Positions 1-9,306 of a stretch of 64,000 bases of DNA are shown here, piece by piece. A program made the translations under genes and the position numbers. The stretch comes from Clostridia bacterium. GTDB taxonomy: Bacteria > Bacteroidota > Bacteroidia > Bacteroidales > Bacteroidaceae. Location of the stretch: the NCBI GenBank assembly GCA_963587495.1, contig CAVACC010000001.1, positions 3,818 to 67,817 of the forward strand. Reading direction: 5' to 3'. Positions within the stretch are counted from its first letter, which is position 1; every line of letters begins with the position of its first letter. The notes beneath the pieces are model-generated. The model did no database searches and was not told the origin of the DNA. It worked only from the letters and a program-made list of their open reading frames with translations.

Positions 1-2
1 AA

Positions 3-113
3 TTGTACGAGCACATCACAGGTGAGAAGTTCGACAAGGCTACCGAGGAAGGTGACATTGCCGCACGAATCGAGAAGAACGTTAGCGAGTGGCTCGCTTC
101 ACACAAGAAGTAA
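3..113 (+). CDS. purC: 3' end of probable SAICAR synthetase (gene begins before the window)
   Basis: Frame 3 reads LYEHITGEKFDKATEEGDIAARIEKNVSEWLASHKK*, resembling the Bacteroidales PurC C-terminus; its position upstream of menG fits. Confidence 0.65.
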   Translation: MYEHITGEKFDKATEEGDIAARIEKNVSEWLASHKK

Positions 114-130
114 GCTGAAGACAACAAGAA

Positions 131-172
131 GAGTTACGGAACGACAGTCTTTCGACCGACATTCCGTAACTC
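131..172. other. Intergenic stem-loop
   Basis: GAGTTACGGAA (131-141) pairs with TTCCGTAACTC (162-172); no clear U-tract. Confidence 0.5.
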
Positions 173-219
173 ATACTATACAGTAATATTCTATATATAA
201 TATAAGGTACGCGCGAGGC

Positions 220-954
220 ATGTACAAGCAAGAGAAAATAAAGCCCTACGAAGGACAAGGCGATAAAGGGAAACTGGTAGAGGAAATGTTCGACAACATC
301 GCCCCCACCTACGACACCCTCAACCACAGACTCTCGTGGGACATAGACAAAGGCTGGAGGAAGAAGGCCATCAAGCAGCTGGCACCTTTCAGACCTCAGA
401 AAATGCTCGACATAGCCACAGGCACAGGCGACTTCGCCATCCTGTCGGCACAAATGCTGCATCCACAGCAACTCATCGGCACCGACATCTCGGAGGGCAT
501 GATGAAGATAGGCAAGGAAAAGGTGGCAAGAGAGAAGTTGGAGCACATCATCTCCTTCCAGAAAGAAGACTGCCTGAACCTCTCGTTTCCCGACAACACC
601 TTCGATGCCGTGACAGCTGCTTTCGGCATTCGCAATTTCCAGAGTCTTGACCAAGGACTCAGAGAGATGCACCGCGTACTGAAGAAGGGCGGACATCTGA
701 GTATAGTGGAACTGACGTCACCCGTCCGCTTCCCTATGAAACAGCTTTTCCGCATCTATTCACACACCGTACTGCCCATTTATGGCAAGCTGATTTCCAA
801 AGACCAAAGCGCCTACAGCTATCTTACAGCTACCATAGAGGCTTTCCCTCAGGGAGAGACCATGATGGAAGTGCTTAGGAAAGCAGGATTTGCCAAAACC
901 GAATTCAAAAGACTGACTTTCGGAATCTGCACCATGTATTTCGCAACAAAATAA
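220..954 (+). CDS. menG: Demethylmenaquinone methyltransferase (UbiE/MenG)
   Basis: [16 protein letters not shown] motif [26 protein letters not shown]. Confidence 0.93.
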   Translation: MYKQEKIKPYEGQGDKGKLVEEMFDNIAPTYDTLNHRLSWDIDKGWRKKAIKQLAPFRPQKMLDIATGTGDFAILSAQMLHPQQLIGTDISEGMMKIGKEKVAREKLEHIISFQKEDCLNLSFPDNTFDAVTAAFGIRNFQSLDQGLREMHRVLKKGGHLSIVELTSPVRFPMKQLFRIYSHTVLPIYGKLISKDQSAYSYLTATIEAFPQGETMMEVLRKAGFAKTEFKRLTFGICTMYFATK

Positions 955-995
955 ACAGAGCGCAACGATAAAGAACAATACAAAACAAGGATATT

Positions 996-1739
996 ATGGA
1001 CAAATATGGACTTATAGGTTATCCGCTGGGACATTCCTTCTCAAAGAACTACTTCAACGAGAAATTTGAGAACGAAGGAATTGATGCCAATTACATCAAC
1101 TTCGAGATACCACACATCGAAGACCTGACAGAAATCTTGGACACCACACCCGAGTTGAAAGGACTCAATGTCACAATCCCCTACAAGGAAAAGGTTATCA
1201 GCTACCTCGACTTCATCAGCCCTGAGGCTACAGCCATCGGAGCTGTCAACGTCATCAAGGTGGAACACAAAGGAAATGATGTCAAGCTGAAAGGCTACAA
1301 CAGCGACGTCATAGGATTCACCCGCAGCATAGAGCCTTTCCTGGAGCCTTGCCATAAGAAAGCCCTTATCTTAGGTACAGGAGGCGCATCCAAAGCCATC
1401 AACTATGGACTGAAGTCTCTTGGACTCGAGACCGTCTACGTGAGCAGATTCGAGCGCCCTGGAACCATACAGTATGACAAAATAACACCAGAGATTATCA
1501 AGGAGTACAACGTAATCGTAAACTGTACCCCTGTAGGAATGTATCCACATACAGACGAATGTCCCGAACTTCCCTACGAGGCTATGGACAGCCACACCCT
1601 GCTCTACGATCTCATCTACAACCCAGACGAGACCCTCTTCATGAAGAAAGGCAAAGAGCATGGTGCCACCGTGAAGAACGGTCTGGAGATGCTGCTTCTG
1701 CAAGCCTTTGCATCGTGGGACTTCTGGCATCAGGAATAG
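996..1739 (+). CDS. aroE: Shikimate dehydrogenase
   Basis: GYPLGHSFS, GLNVTIPYK, IGAVNVI, GYNSDVIGF, LGTGGAS, NGLEMLLLQA. Confidence 0.93.
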   Translation: MDKYGLIGYPLGHSFSKNYFNEKFENEGIDANYINFEIPHIEDLTEILDTTPELKGLNVTIPYKEKVISYLDFISPEATAIGAVNVIKVEHKGNDVKLKGYNSDVIGFTRSIEPFLEPCHKKALILGTGGASKAINYGLKSLGLETVYVSRFERPGTIQYDKITPEIIKEYNVIVNCTPVGMYPHTDECPELPYEAMDSHTLLYDLIYNPDETLFMKKGKEHGATVKNGLEMLLLQAFASWDFWHQE

Positions 1740-1795
1740 CATCCACTCTCTGCAGACAATATATAATTCTAAATTATTTTTTATATCAATTGATT

Positions 1796-2962
1796 ATGAG
1801 CAACAACAGATATATGATGCGCGGTGTGAGTGCCGCCAAGGAAGATGTGCATAATGCCATCAAGAATATTGACAAGGGAATCTTCCCACAGGCTTTCTGC
1901 AAAATTATTCCCGACATTTTGGGAGGCGACCCTGAGTATTGCAACATCATGCATGCCGACGGCGCCGGCACAAAGTCGAGCTTGGCATACATGTATTGGA
2001 AGGAAACTGGCGACCTCTCTGTATGGAAAGGTATTGCACAGGATGCTGTGGTAATGAATACCGACGACCTCCTCTGCGTGGGAGCCGTAGACAACATCTT
2101 GGTGTCTTCTACCATTGGACGCAACAAAATGCTCGTACCTGGAGAGGTCATCTCTGCCATTATTAATGGTACTGACGAACTCCTGAACGAAATGCGCAAC
2201 ATGGGTATCGGCATCTATCCTACCGGTGGAGAGACTGCTGACGTAGGCGACTTGGTTCGCACCATCATTGTAGACTCAACAGTAACCTGCCGCATGAAGA
2301 GAAGTGACGTCATCAACAATGCCAACATACAGCCAGGTGATGTCATCGTAGGTCTTTCTTCTACAGGTCAGGCTACCTATGAAAAGAAATACAATGGTGG
2401 TATGGGCAGCAACGGACTTACCTCTGCCCGTCATGATGTCTTCGCCAAGTACCTGGCAGAGAACTACCCAGAGAGCTACGACCATGCAGTACCCGAGGAA
2501 CTGGTATATAGTGGCAAATACAAACTGACCGACGAGGTGGAAGGCGCTCCTGTCAATGCTGGCGAACTGGTTCTCTCTCCTACCCGCACCTATGCTCCTG
2601 TCATCAAGAAACTGTTAGACGAACTGCGTCCCGAAATACATGGTATGGTACACTGCACAGGCGGCGCACAGACCAAGGTTCTGCATTTCGTAAACGAGAA
2701 CTGCAAGGTAGTAAAGGACAACATGTTCCCTGTTCCACCTCTCTTCAAGGCCATCCACGACTGCTCTGGTACCGACTGGAAGGAAATGTACCAGGTATTC
2801 AACATGGGTCACCGTATGGAAATCTATGTGCGTCCTGAGGTTGCAGAGAAGGTTATCGCCATCAGCAAGAGCTTCAATATCGATGCTCAGGTAGTGGGAC
2901 ATATCGAGGAGGGCAAGCGCAGCCTGACCATCAAGAGCGAGTTCGGAACTTTCGAATACTAA
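1796..2962 (+). CDS. purM: Phosphoribosylformylglycinamidine cyclo-ligase (AIR synthase); start placed at ATG 1796
   Basis: HADGAGTK, MNTDDLLCVGA, GGETADVGD, SNGLTSARH, HCTGG, VFNMGHRME. Confidence 0.92.
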   Translation: MSNNRYMMRGVSAAKEDVHNAIKNIDKGIFPQAFCKIIPDILGGDPEYCNIMHADGAGTKSSLAYMYWKETGDLSVWKGIAQDAVVMNTDDLLCVGAVDNILVSSTIGRNKMLVPGEVISAIINGTDELLNEMRNMGIGIYPTGGETADVGDLVRTIIVDSTVTCRMKRSDVINNANIQPGDVIVGLSSTGQATYEKKYNGGMGSNGLTSARHDVFAKYLAENYPESYDHAVPEELVYSGKYKLTDEVEGAPVNAGELVLSPTRTYAPVIKKLLDELRPEIHGMVHCTGGAQTKVLHFVNENCKVVKDNMFPVPPLFKAIHDCSGTDWKEMYQVFNMGHRMEIYVRPEVAEKVIAISKSFNIDAQVVGHIEEGKRSLTIKSEFGTFEY

Positions 2963-2965
2963 ATG

Positions 2966-3001
2966 TTTTAGGCACGGATTACACGGATTACACGGATTTT
3001 T
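2966..3001 (+). repeat. Left arm, 3x CACGGATT(A) 9-bp units
   Basis: TTTTAGGCACGGATTACACGGATTACACGGATTTTT. Confidence 0.95.
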
Positions 3002-3054
3002 ATGCATTAATGTCCTTAAATTTTGTTCTTTAATATCTTTTAAATAGTATTGTT

Positions 3055-3456
3055 ATGCTGGAAGAAGATTTAACTAAACAAATAATTGGTGCAGCTCAAG
3101 AAGTACACAAAGTCTTAGGATTTGGGTTTTTAGAAGCTGTATATGGAAATGCTCTGTATAAAGAATTGAAATTACGTGGATTGAAGTGTGAGTGCCAAAA
3201 ACACTTAGATGTTTTTTACAAAGGAGAATGTGTAGGTCACTACATTCCCGACATGGTCGTAGAAGACAAGGTGATTATTGAATTGAAAGCCGTTAAAGAA
3301 TTGCATCCCGAACATGAATGGCAGTTAGTAAACTATCTCTCTGCCTGCCAAGCAGAAGTAGGGTTGCTCATCAATTTCGGTCTATCCTTACAAGTAAAAA
3401 GAAAGATATTTACAAACGAGCGCAAGAGTACACTGCACAGAGAAAAATCCGTGTAA
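3055..3456 (+). CDS. GxxExxY family protein (PD-(D/E)XK nuclease-like fold)
   Basis: GFLEAVY signature, IPDMVVEDKVIIELKAV (PD...ExK), QLVNYL, GLLINFG. Confidence 0.9.
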   Translation: MLEEDLTKQIIGAAQEVHKVLGFGFLEAVYGNALYKELKLRGLKCECQKHLDVFYKGECVGHYIPDMVVEDKVIIELKAVKELHPEHEWQLVNYLSACQAEVGLLINFGLSLQVKRKIFTNERKSTLHREKSV

Positions 3457-3478
3457 TCCGTGTAATCCGTGCCTAAAA
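3443..3478 (-). repeat. Right arm, reverse complement of 2966-3001
   Basis: AAAAATCCGTGTAATCCGTGTAATCCGTGCCTAAAA; contains the GxxExxY stop codon (3454-3456). Confidence 0.95.
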
Positions 3479-3486
3479 AACAATCA

Positions 3487-4596
3487 ATGGATAATAACAA
3501 CATTTTACAGAAATTAGAAGGCTTGGAGAGCCGATACGAGGAAGTCAGCACCCTCATTACCGACCCTGATGTGATAGCAGACCAGAGCCGATACGTGAAG
3601 TTGACCAAGGAATACAAAGACTTGGGCGACATCATGGCGGCACGCAAGCGCTACATCGATTGCCTCAACGCCATCAAGGAAGCCAAGGACATTCTCGCCA
3701 ATGAGAGCGACCCTGACATGAAAGAGATGGCACGCGAGGAACTCAATGAGAACGAGACCCTTCAGCCCCAGCTTGAGGAGGAGATAAAGATTGCCCTTGT
3801 GCCAAAAGACCCAGAAGATGCCAAGAATGTACAGATGGAAATTCGTGGCGGAGCTGGTGGCGACGAAGCCGCACTCTTTGCTGGCGATCTCTTCAATATG
3901 TACAAGAAATACTGCGAGTCAAAGGGATGGACTATCAGCGTGACTTCTGTATCAGAAGGTGCTGTTGGCGGTTTCAAGGAAATCGACTTTGCCGTTAGCG
4001 GAGCTGACGTTTATGGCACGCTGAAATATGAATCGGGTGTACACCGTGTACAGCGAGTTCCTGCCACAGAAACTCAGGGCCGTATGCATACCAGTGCTGC
4101 TACGGTAGCCGTACTGCCCGAAGCCGACAAGTTTGAGGTAAACATCAACGAGGGTGATATCAAGTGGGATACATTCCGTTCGAGTGGTGCCGGTGGTCAG
4201 AATGTCAACAAAGTGGAGTCCGGTGTACGTCTTCGCTACCCCTGGAAGAACCCTAACACGGGTGAGGTGGAAGAGATTCTCATAGAGTGTACCGAGACTC
4301 GCGACCAGCCAAAGAACAAAGAGCGTGCCTTGAGCCGTCTGTACACTTTCATCCACGACCGCGAGCACCAGAAGTATATCGACGATATTGCCAGCCGACG
4401 CAAGAGTCTGGTATCGACAGGTGACCGAAGTGCCAAGATTCGTACATACAACTTCCCTCAGGGACGTGTCACCGACCACCGTATCGGTTATACCACCCAT
4501 GACCTGAGTGGTTTCCTCGGAGGCGACATACAAGGCATGATTGATGCCCTGACCGTAGCCGAGAATGCAGAAAAACTGAAAGAAACAGAATTGTAG
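3487..4596 (+). CDS. prfA: Peptide chain release factor 1; start placed at ATG 3487
   Basis: [48 protein letters not shown]. Confidence 0.95.
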   Translation: MDNNNILQKLEGLESRYEEVSTLITDPDVIADQSRYVKLTKEYKDLGDIMAARKRYIDCLNAIKEAKDILANESDPDMKEMAREELNENETLQPQLEEEIKIALVPKDPEDAKNVQMEIRGGAGGDEAALFAGDLFNMYKKYCESKGWTISVTSVSEGAVGGFKEIDFAVSGADVYGTLKYESGVHRVQRVPATETQGRMHTSAATVAVLPEADKFEVNINEGDIKWDTFRSSGAGGQNVNKVESGVRLRYPWKNPNTGEVEEILIECTETRDQPKNKERALSRLYTFIHDREHQKYIDDIASRRKSLVSTGDRSAKIRTYNFPQGRVTDHRIGYTTHDLSGFLGGDIQGMIDALTVAENAEKLKETEL

Positions 4597-4600
4597 AATT

Positions 4601-5437
4601 ATGAACAGAAAAGAACTTGTAGAACAGATATTCGCCAAGAAAAGTTTCTTGTGCGTAGGTCTCGACACCGATATCAAGAAAGTGCCTGAGCACCTCACCA
4701 AACAGTATGAAAAGACAGAAGATGTTATCTTCGCCTTCAATAAGGCCATCATCGATGCCACAGCCCCCTACTGTGTTTCCTATAAGCCCAACCTGGCTTT
4801 CTACGAGAGCATGGGACTGGCAGGCATGATAGCTTTCGATAAGACCATCGCTTATCTGAACGAGCACTATCCTCATCACTTTATCATCGCCGACGCCAAA
4901 AGAGGTGACATCGGCAACACATCAAAGATGTACGCACGTACATTCTTCGAAGAGTATAAGCTCGATGCTCTCACAGTAGCTCCCTACATGGGCGAAGACT
5001 CTGTGAAACCATTCTTGGAATATGAGGGCAAATGGGTCATCCTGCTGGCGTTGACAAGCAACAAGGGCAGCCACGACTTCCAGCTCACAGAAGACAAGGA
5101 CGGTCAGCGCCTCTTCGAGAAAGTGCTGACAAAGAGTCAGGAATGGGGAAACGACGAGAACATGATGTATGTCGTAGGAGCCACACAAGGCAGCATGTTC
5201 ACCGATATCCGCAAATGTGCTCCTAACCACTTCCTCCTTGTTCCTGGCGTAGGTGCACAGGGAGGCAGTCTGCAGGAAGTATGCAAGTATGGCATCATCA
5301 AGGACTGCGGTCTGTTGGTCAACTCTTCACGTGGCATTATCTATGCCAGCAATGGTGAGGACTTTGCCGAGACTGCTGGCATCAAGGCCAAGGAATTGCA
5401 AGAGCAGATGGCAGAAGAATTAGCCAAGCTTTCATAA
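4601..5437 (+). CDS. pyrF: Orotidine-5'-phosphate decarboxylase
   Basis: [44 protein letters not shown]. Confidence 0.95.
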   Translation: MNRKELVEQIFAKKSFLCVGLDTDIKKVPEHLTKQYEKTEDVIFAFNKAIIDATAPYCVSYKPNLAFYESMGLAGMIAFDKTIAYLNEHYPHHFIIADAKRGDIGNTSKMYARTFFEEYKLDALTVAPYMGEDSVKPFLEYEGKWVILLALTSNKGSHDFQLTEDKDGQRLFEKVLTKSQEWGNDENMMYVVGATQGSMFTDIRKCAPNHFLLVPGVGAQGGSLQEVCKYGIIKDCGLLVNSSRGIIYASNGEDFAETAGIKAKELQEQMAEELAKLS

Positions 5438-5455
5438 AAAACAACTACCTTTTAT

Positions 5456-5490
5456 GGCGCAAAGTACCTCTTATCAGGGTTCTTTGCGCC
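5456..5490. terminator. Hairpin after pyrF, probable terminator
   Basis: GGCGCAAAG...CTTTGCGCC stem just after the stop codon. Confidence 0.55.
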
Positions 5491-5562
5491 TAAAAAGTGT
5501 ATGTTTGCAAGCTAAAATGCAAAATATTACGATTTAATTACAAGTTTATAAATCTTTTTTGC

Positions 5563-5572
5563 TATATTTGCA
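5563..5572 (+). promoter_or_regulatory. Bacteroidota -7 promoter box upstream of lpxD
   Basis: TATATTTGCA matches TAnnTTTG, ~50 bp before the ATG. Confidence 0.65.
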
Positions 5573-5621
5573 AGCAATAAGGAGCTAACTGGCTAATAAC
5601 AATCATTGAAAACAAACAAAT

Positions 5622-6653
5622 ATGGAGTTTACCGCAAAACAAATAGCCCAGTTTGTACAAGGGCACATAGAAGGTGACGAGAATGCAATCGTCAATACCT
5701 TTGCAAAAATTGAAGAAGGAAAGAAAGGTGCTATTTCTTTCCTCTCAAATCCCAAATATACGCATTATGTATATGACACTCAGTCATCTGTCGTTTTGAT
5801 AGACGAGAGTGTGGAACTGGAAAAGTCTGTTACCACAACATTGATTCGCGTAAAGAATGCCTACGAATGCGTGGCAAAACTTCTGCAGATGTATGAATCA
5901 ATGAAGCCTAAGAAGACTGGCATAGATCCATTGGCTTTCGTTTCTCCTAAGGCTAAGGTTGCTGAGGGTGTGTACGTAGGAGCTTTTGCTTATATCAGCG
6001 AGGGTGCTGAGGTGGGCGAAGGCAGCCAGATTTATCCTCATGCCTACATTGGCGAAGGTGTCAAGGTAGGAAAGAATGCACTCATTTATCCTAACGTGAC
6101 CGTTTATCATGGCTGCAAGTTGGGTGACAACGTAACTCTTCATGCAGGTTGTGTGATAGGTGCCGACGGATTCGGCTTTGCACCAGGTCCCGACGGTTAC
6201 GACAAGATTCCTCAGATAGGCATAGTTACCATCGAGGACGATGTAGAGATAGGTGCCAACACTTGTGTTGACCGTTCTACTATGGGAAGTACTTATGTCC
6301 GCAAGGGTGTGAAACTCGACAACCTCGTACAGATAGCTCACAACACCGATATTGGCGAAAACACCGTGATGTCCTCTCAGGTAGGTATCGCAGGAAGCAC
6401 CAAGGTGGGACAGTGGTGTATGTTTGGCGGTCAGGTAGGTATTGCGGGCCACATCACCATCGGCGACAAGGTATTCCTCGGTGCACAGAGTGGTGTTCCT
6501 GGAAGTCTGAAGAGCGGCCAGCAGCTCATCGGCACACCTCCTATGGAGCAGCGTTCATACTTCAAGTCACAGGCCATCTTCCGTCGCCTGCCCGATATGT
6601 ACAAGGAGCTCAACGACCTGAAAAAGCAGGTGGAAGAACTGAAAAAGAAGTAA
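5622..6653 (+). CDS. lpxD: UDP-3-O-(3-hydroxymyristoyl)glucosamine N-acyltransferase
   Basis: Hexapeptide repeats, [29 protein letters not shown]. Confidence 0.95.
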   Translation: MEFTAKQIAQFVQGHIEGDENAIVNTFAKIEEGKKGAISFLSNPKYTHYVYDTQSSVVLIDESVELEKSVTTTLIRVKNAYECVAKLLQMYESMKPKKTGIDPLAFVSPKAKVAEGVYVGAFAYISEGAEVGEGSQIYPHAYIGEGVKVGKNALIYPNVTVYHGCKLGDNVTLHAGCVIGADGFGFAPGPDGYDKIPQIGIVTIEDDVEIGANTCVDRSTMGSTYVRKGVKLDNLVQIAHNTDIGENTVMSSQVGIAGSTKVGQWCMFGGQVGIAGHITIGDKVFLGAQSGVPGSLKSGQQLIGTPPMEQRSYFKSQAIFRRLPDMYKELNDLKKQVEELKKK

Positions 6654-6664
6654 TAGAAATAACA

Positions 6665-6761
6665 AGGCACGGATGACGCAGATGACGCAGAGGCTAACGC
6701 CACTAAGACATCCGAAGGAAAGAGAAAAAATCCGTAATCCGTGTAATCCGTGCCTAAAAAA
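6665..6761. repeat. Gene-less copy of the GxxExxY-flanking inverted-repeat element
   Basis: Left AGGCACGGATGACGCAGATGACGCAGA; right AGAGAAAAAATCCGTAATCCGTGTAATCCGTGCCTAAAAAA, near-identical to 3439-3480. Confidence 0.85.
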
Positions 6762-6771
6762 TAATATAATT

Positions 6772-8154
6772 ATGTCAAAACAGAAAACTCTGAAAGGTAG
6801 TTTCTCACTTTGTGGAAAAGGCTTGCACACAGGATTAAGTCTCACTGTAACTTTCAACCCTGCAGCAGAGAATACAGGTTATAAAATACAGCGCATCGAT
6901 CTCGAAGACCAGCCTGTCATCCAAGCTGTAGCCGAGAATGTTGTAGAAACACAGCGTGGCACTGTGCTGGGCAAAGGTGATGTGCGAGTAAGCACCATCG
7001 AGCACGGAATGTCTGCTCTTTATGCACTCGGCATCGACAACTGTCTGATTCAGGTGAATGGTCCAGAGTTCCCTATTCTCGATGGTTCAGCTGCTTTGTA
7101 CGTAGAAAAGATTCAGAGCGTGGGCATACAGGAACAGAACGCAGAGAAAGACTACTATATCATCCGTCATAAGATAGAGGTGAAAGATGAAAGCGGTTCG
7201 GTCATCACGATCCTGCCAGACGAGGACTTCAGTATCACAGCCATGTGCTCGTTCGAGAGCAAGTTCATCAACAGTCAGTTTGCTACTCTCGACAAAATGG
7301 AGACATACGCAGAGGAGATTGCTTCTGCCCGTACCTTCGTTTTCGTACGTGATATCATGCCATTGCTGCAAGCCAACCTGATCAAAGGTGGTGACCTCGA
7401 CAATGCCATTGTGATATATGAGCGTCAGGTGGAGCAGGCTCAGCTTGACCAACTCGCCGACCATCTGAAAGTTCCTCGCATGGATGCCAACAAGTTGGGC
7501 TATATCCAGCACCGACCTCTGCAATGGGAGAACGAATGCACACGTCATAAGCTTCTCGACATTATCGGCGACATGGCTCTTATCGGTAAGCCTATCAAGG
7601 GTCGCATCATCGCTACCCGTCCTGGCCATACCATCAACAACAAGTTTGCCCGCCTGATGCGCAAGGAAATTCGCAAGCACGAGATTCAGGCTCCAATCTA
7701 CAATCCTAACGAGGAACCTGTTATGGACAACATACGCATCCGTCAGCTTCTACCCCACCGTTACCCAATGCAGTTGGTAGACAAGGTGATAGCCATGGGT
7801 CCAACCAGCATCGTTGGTGTGAAGAGCGTAACAAGCAATGAGCCATTCTTCCAGGGTCACTTCCCTGAGGAGCCTGTCATGCCGGGCGTACTGCAGGTGG
7901 AAGCCATGGCACAGTGTGGAGGCTTGTTGGTGCTCAACCAGCTGGAAGAGCCTGAACGCTGGAGCACTTACTTCATGAAGATAGACGACGTGAAGTTCCG
8001 CAAGAAGGTAGTACCTGGCGACACTCTCCTGTTCCGTGTAGAGCTGCTGGCTCCTGTACGCCATGGCATCAGCTCTATGAAGGGCTATATGTTTGTTGGC
8101 GACCAGGTAGTGGCTGAGGCAACCTTCACTGCACAGATAGTCAAGAATAAGTAA
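6772..8154 (+). CDS. lpxC: Bifunctional LpxC / FabZ; start placed at ATG 6772
   Basis: GKGLHTG, STIEHGMSAL, PILDGSA, RHKLLDIIGD, then FabZ motifs LPHRYPMQLVD and GHFPEEPVMPGVLQVEAMAQ. Confidence 0.95.
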   Translation: MSKQKTLKGSFSLCGKGLHTGLSLTVTFNPAAENTGYKIQRIDLEDQPVIQAVAENVVETQRGTVLGKGDVRVSTIEHGMSALYALGIDNCLIQVNGPEFPILDGSAALYVEKIQSVGIQEQNAEKDYYIIRHKIEVKDESGSVITILPDEDFSITAMCSFESKFINSQFATLDKMETYAEEIASARTFVFVRDIMPLLQANLIKGGDLDNAIVIYERQVEQAQLDQLADHLKVPRMDANKLGYIQHRPLQWENECTRHKLLDIIGDMALIGKPIKGRIIATRPGHTINNKFARLMRKEIRKHEIQAPIYNPNEEPVMDNIRIRQLLPHRYPMQLVDKVIAMGPTSIVGVKSVTSNEPFFQGHFPEEPVMPGVLQVEAMAQCGGLLVLNQLEEPERWSTYFMKIDDVKFRKKVVPGDTLLFRVELLAPVRHGISSMKGYMFVGDQVVAEATFTAQIVKNK

Positions 8155-8260
8155 GAATACTTCCATATGCAGAAGACTGCAAAAGAACATGAATACTCTC
8201 AGCTCCTCTGCATGTGGATCTTGAATAATAAAACTTAATTATAAATTGTAAACAAGAAAT

Positions 8261-9031
8261 ATGAATCAGATTAGTCCTTTAGCATTTGTTCATCCTGAGG
8301 CAAAACTCGGAGATAACAATATCATCGGTCCTTTCTGCTATATTGATAAAGACACCGTTTTGGGTGACAACAACGTGATGCAGAATTCTGTAACCATCCA
8401 TGTGGGAGCACGAATCGGCAATAACAACGAGTTCTTCCCAGGTGCCAGCATCTCTACCAAGCCACAGGACCTGAAGTTCCGCGGTGAGCAGACAACCTGC
8501 GAGGTTGGCGACAACAACAGTATCCGTGAAAATGTAACCATTTCCCGTGGTACTGCCTCAAAGGGCAAGACTGTTGTCGGAAGCAACAACCTCCTCATGG
8601 AGTGTGTGCACGTGGCTCACGACTGTGAGTTGGGCAGCGGTTTGATCATAGGCAACTCTACAAAATTTGCAGGAGAGGTGGTAGTAGACGACAACGCTAT
8701 CGTCAGCGCCAATGTTCTCGTTCACCAGTTCTGCCACATTGCAGGATACGTGATGATTCAGGGCGGATGCCGTTTCTCACAGGACATTCCTCCATATATC
8801 ATTGCCGGTAAGGAGCCTACAAGATACTGCGCACTCAACCTGGTAGGTCTTCGCCGCCGCGGTTTCAGCAACGAACTCATCCAGCAGATTCATGAAGCTT
8901 ACCGTCTGCTCTACTCTAAGGGCGTGCTGAAAGAAGGTATCGAGGAAATCAAGAAGAACCTGCAGATTACCCCCGAGATACAGTATATCATCGACTTCGT
9001 AGAGAACTCTAAGAGAGGTATCATTCGATAA
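8261..9031 (+). CDS. lpxA: Acyl-ACP--UDP-N-acetylglucosamine O-acyltransferase
   Basis: PQDLKF, IRENVTISRGT, HVAHDC, VHQFC, LNLVGLRRRGFS. Confidence 0.95.
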   Translation: MNQISPLAFVHPEAKLGDNNIIGPFCYIDKDTVLGDNNVMQNSVTIHVGARIGNNNEFFPGASISTKPQDLKFRGEQTTCEVGDNNSIRENVTISRGTASKGKTVVGSNNLLMECVHVAHDCELGSGLIIGNSTKFAGEVVVDDNAIVSANVLVHQFCHIAGYVMIQGGCRFSQDIPPYIIAGKEPTRYCALNLVGLRRRGFSNELIQQIHEAYRLLYSKGVLKEGIEEIKKNLQITPEIQYIIDFVENSKRGIIR

Positions 9032-9033
9032 AA

Positions 9034-9078
9034 GTAAAAGGGTAAAAGGGTAAAAAAGTAAAAAGAGCATTCTTGCTT
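9034..9078 (+). repeat. (GTAAAARR)4 followed by AGCATTCTTGCTT
   Basis: Four 8-bp units; same architecture as 41002-41062. Confidence 0.85.
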
Positions 9079-9109
9079 AAGTTTATGAAACGAGCAAGGA
9101 TGCTTTTTT
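9066..9109 (+). terminator. Intrinsic terminator after lpxA
   Basis: AGCATTCTTGCT...AGCAAGGATGCT followed by a T-run. Confidence 0.65.
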
Positions 9110-9145
9110 CTTGAATATAATGAATGATTCAACTTTCGTATGTAC

Positions 9146-9280
9146 GGAAGTTATAGTAGCTGAAGAAGTTATCACTCCCTTCGGTCGTTAGAAGTTATGC
9201 CAACAGACTTGATATATTATGTATAAAGTTTAATTTCTAAGTCCACTAAAGCATATGGCTTTAACTTCTCTAACTTCCTC
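9146..9280. repeat. Dispersed ~140-bp element with GAAGTTA/TAACTTC arms, copy 1
   Basis: 9163-9198 is the exact reverse complement of 27622-27657. Confidence 0.85.
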
Positions 9281-9306
9281 ATTTGCAAAACTTAAGTGAA
9301 TAATAT

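Larger units (their letters stand above)
2966..3478. mobile_element. Candidate mobile cassette: GxxExxY gene between perfect 36-bp inverted repeats
   Basis: Arms 2966-3001 and 3443-3478 are exact reverse complements; an AT-rich ORF lies between them; the unit sits between purM and prfA. Mobility is inferred. Confidence 0.6.

Noticed and set aside
1559..1795. Long N-terminal extension of PurM overlapping aroE
   Set aside because: Out-of-frame overlap with aroE; the PurM-like sequence begins at 1796
3469..3486. N-terminal extension of PrfA from GTG 3469 in the ORF track
   Set aside because: The GTG lies inside the inverted-repeat arm; ATG 3487 gives a normal RF1 start
6673..6771. 33-aa N-terminal extension of LpxC (MTQMTQ...NPCNPC)
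   Set aside because: It is a translation of the repeat element; LpxC similarity begins at ATG 6772
8162..8218. Hairpin between lpxC/fabZ and lpxA as an ncRNA
   Set aside because: Single stem (TCCATATGCAGA/TCTGCATGTGGA) with no promoter or second copy; likely an mRNA stability element
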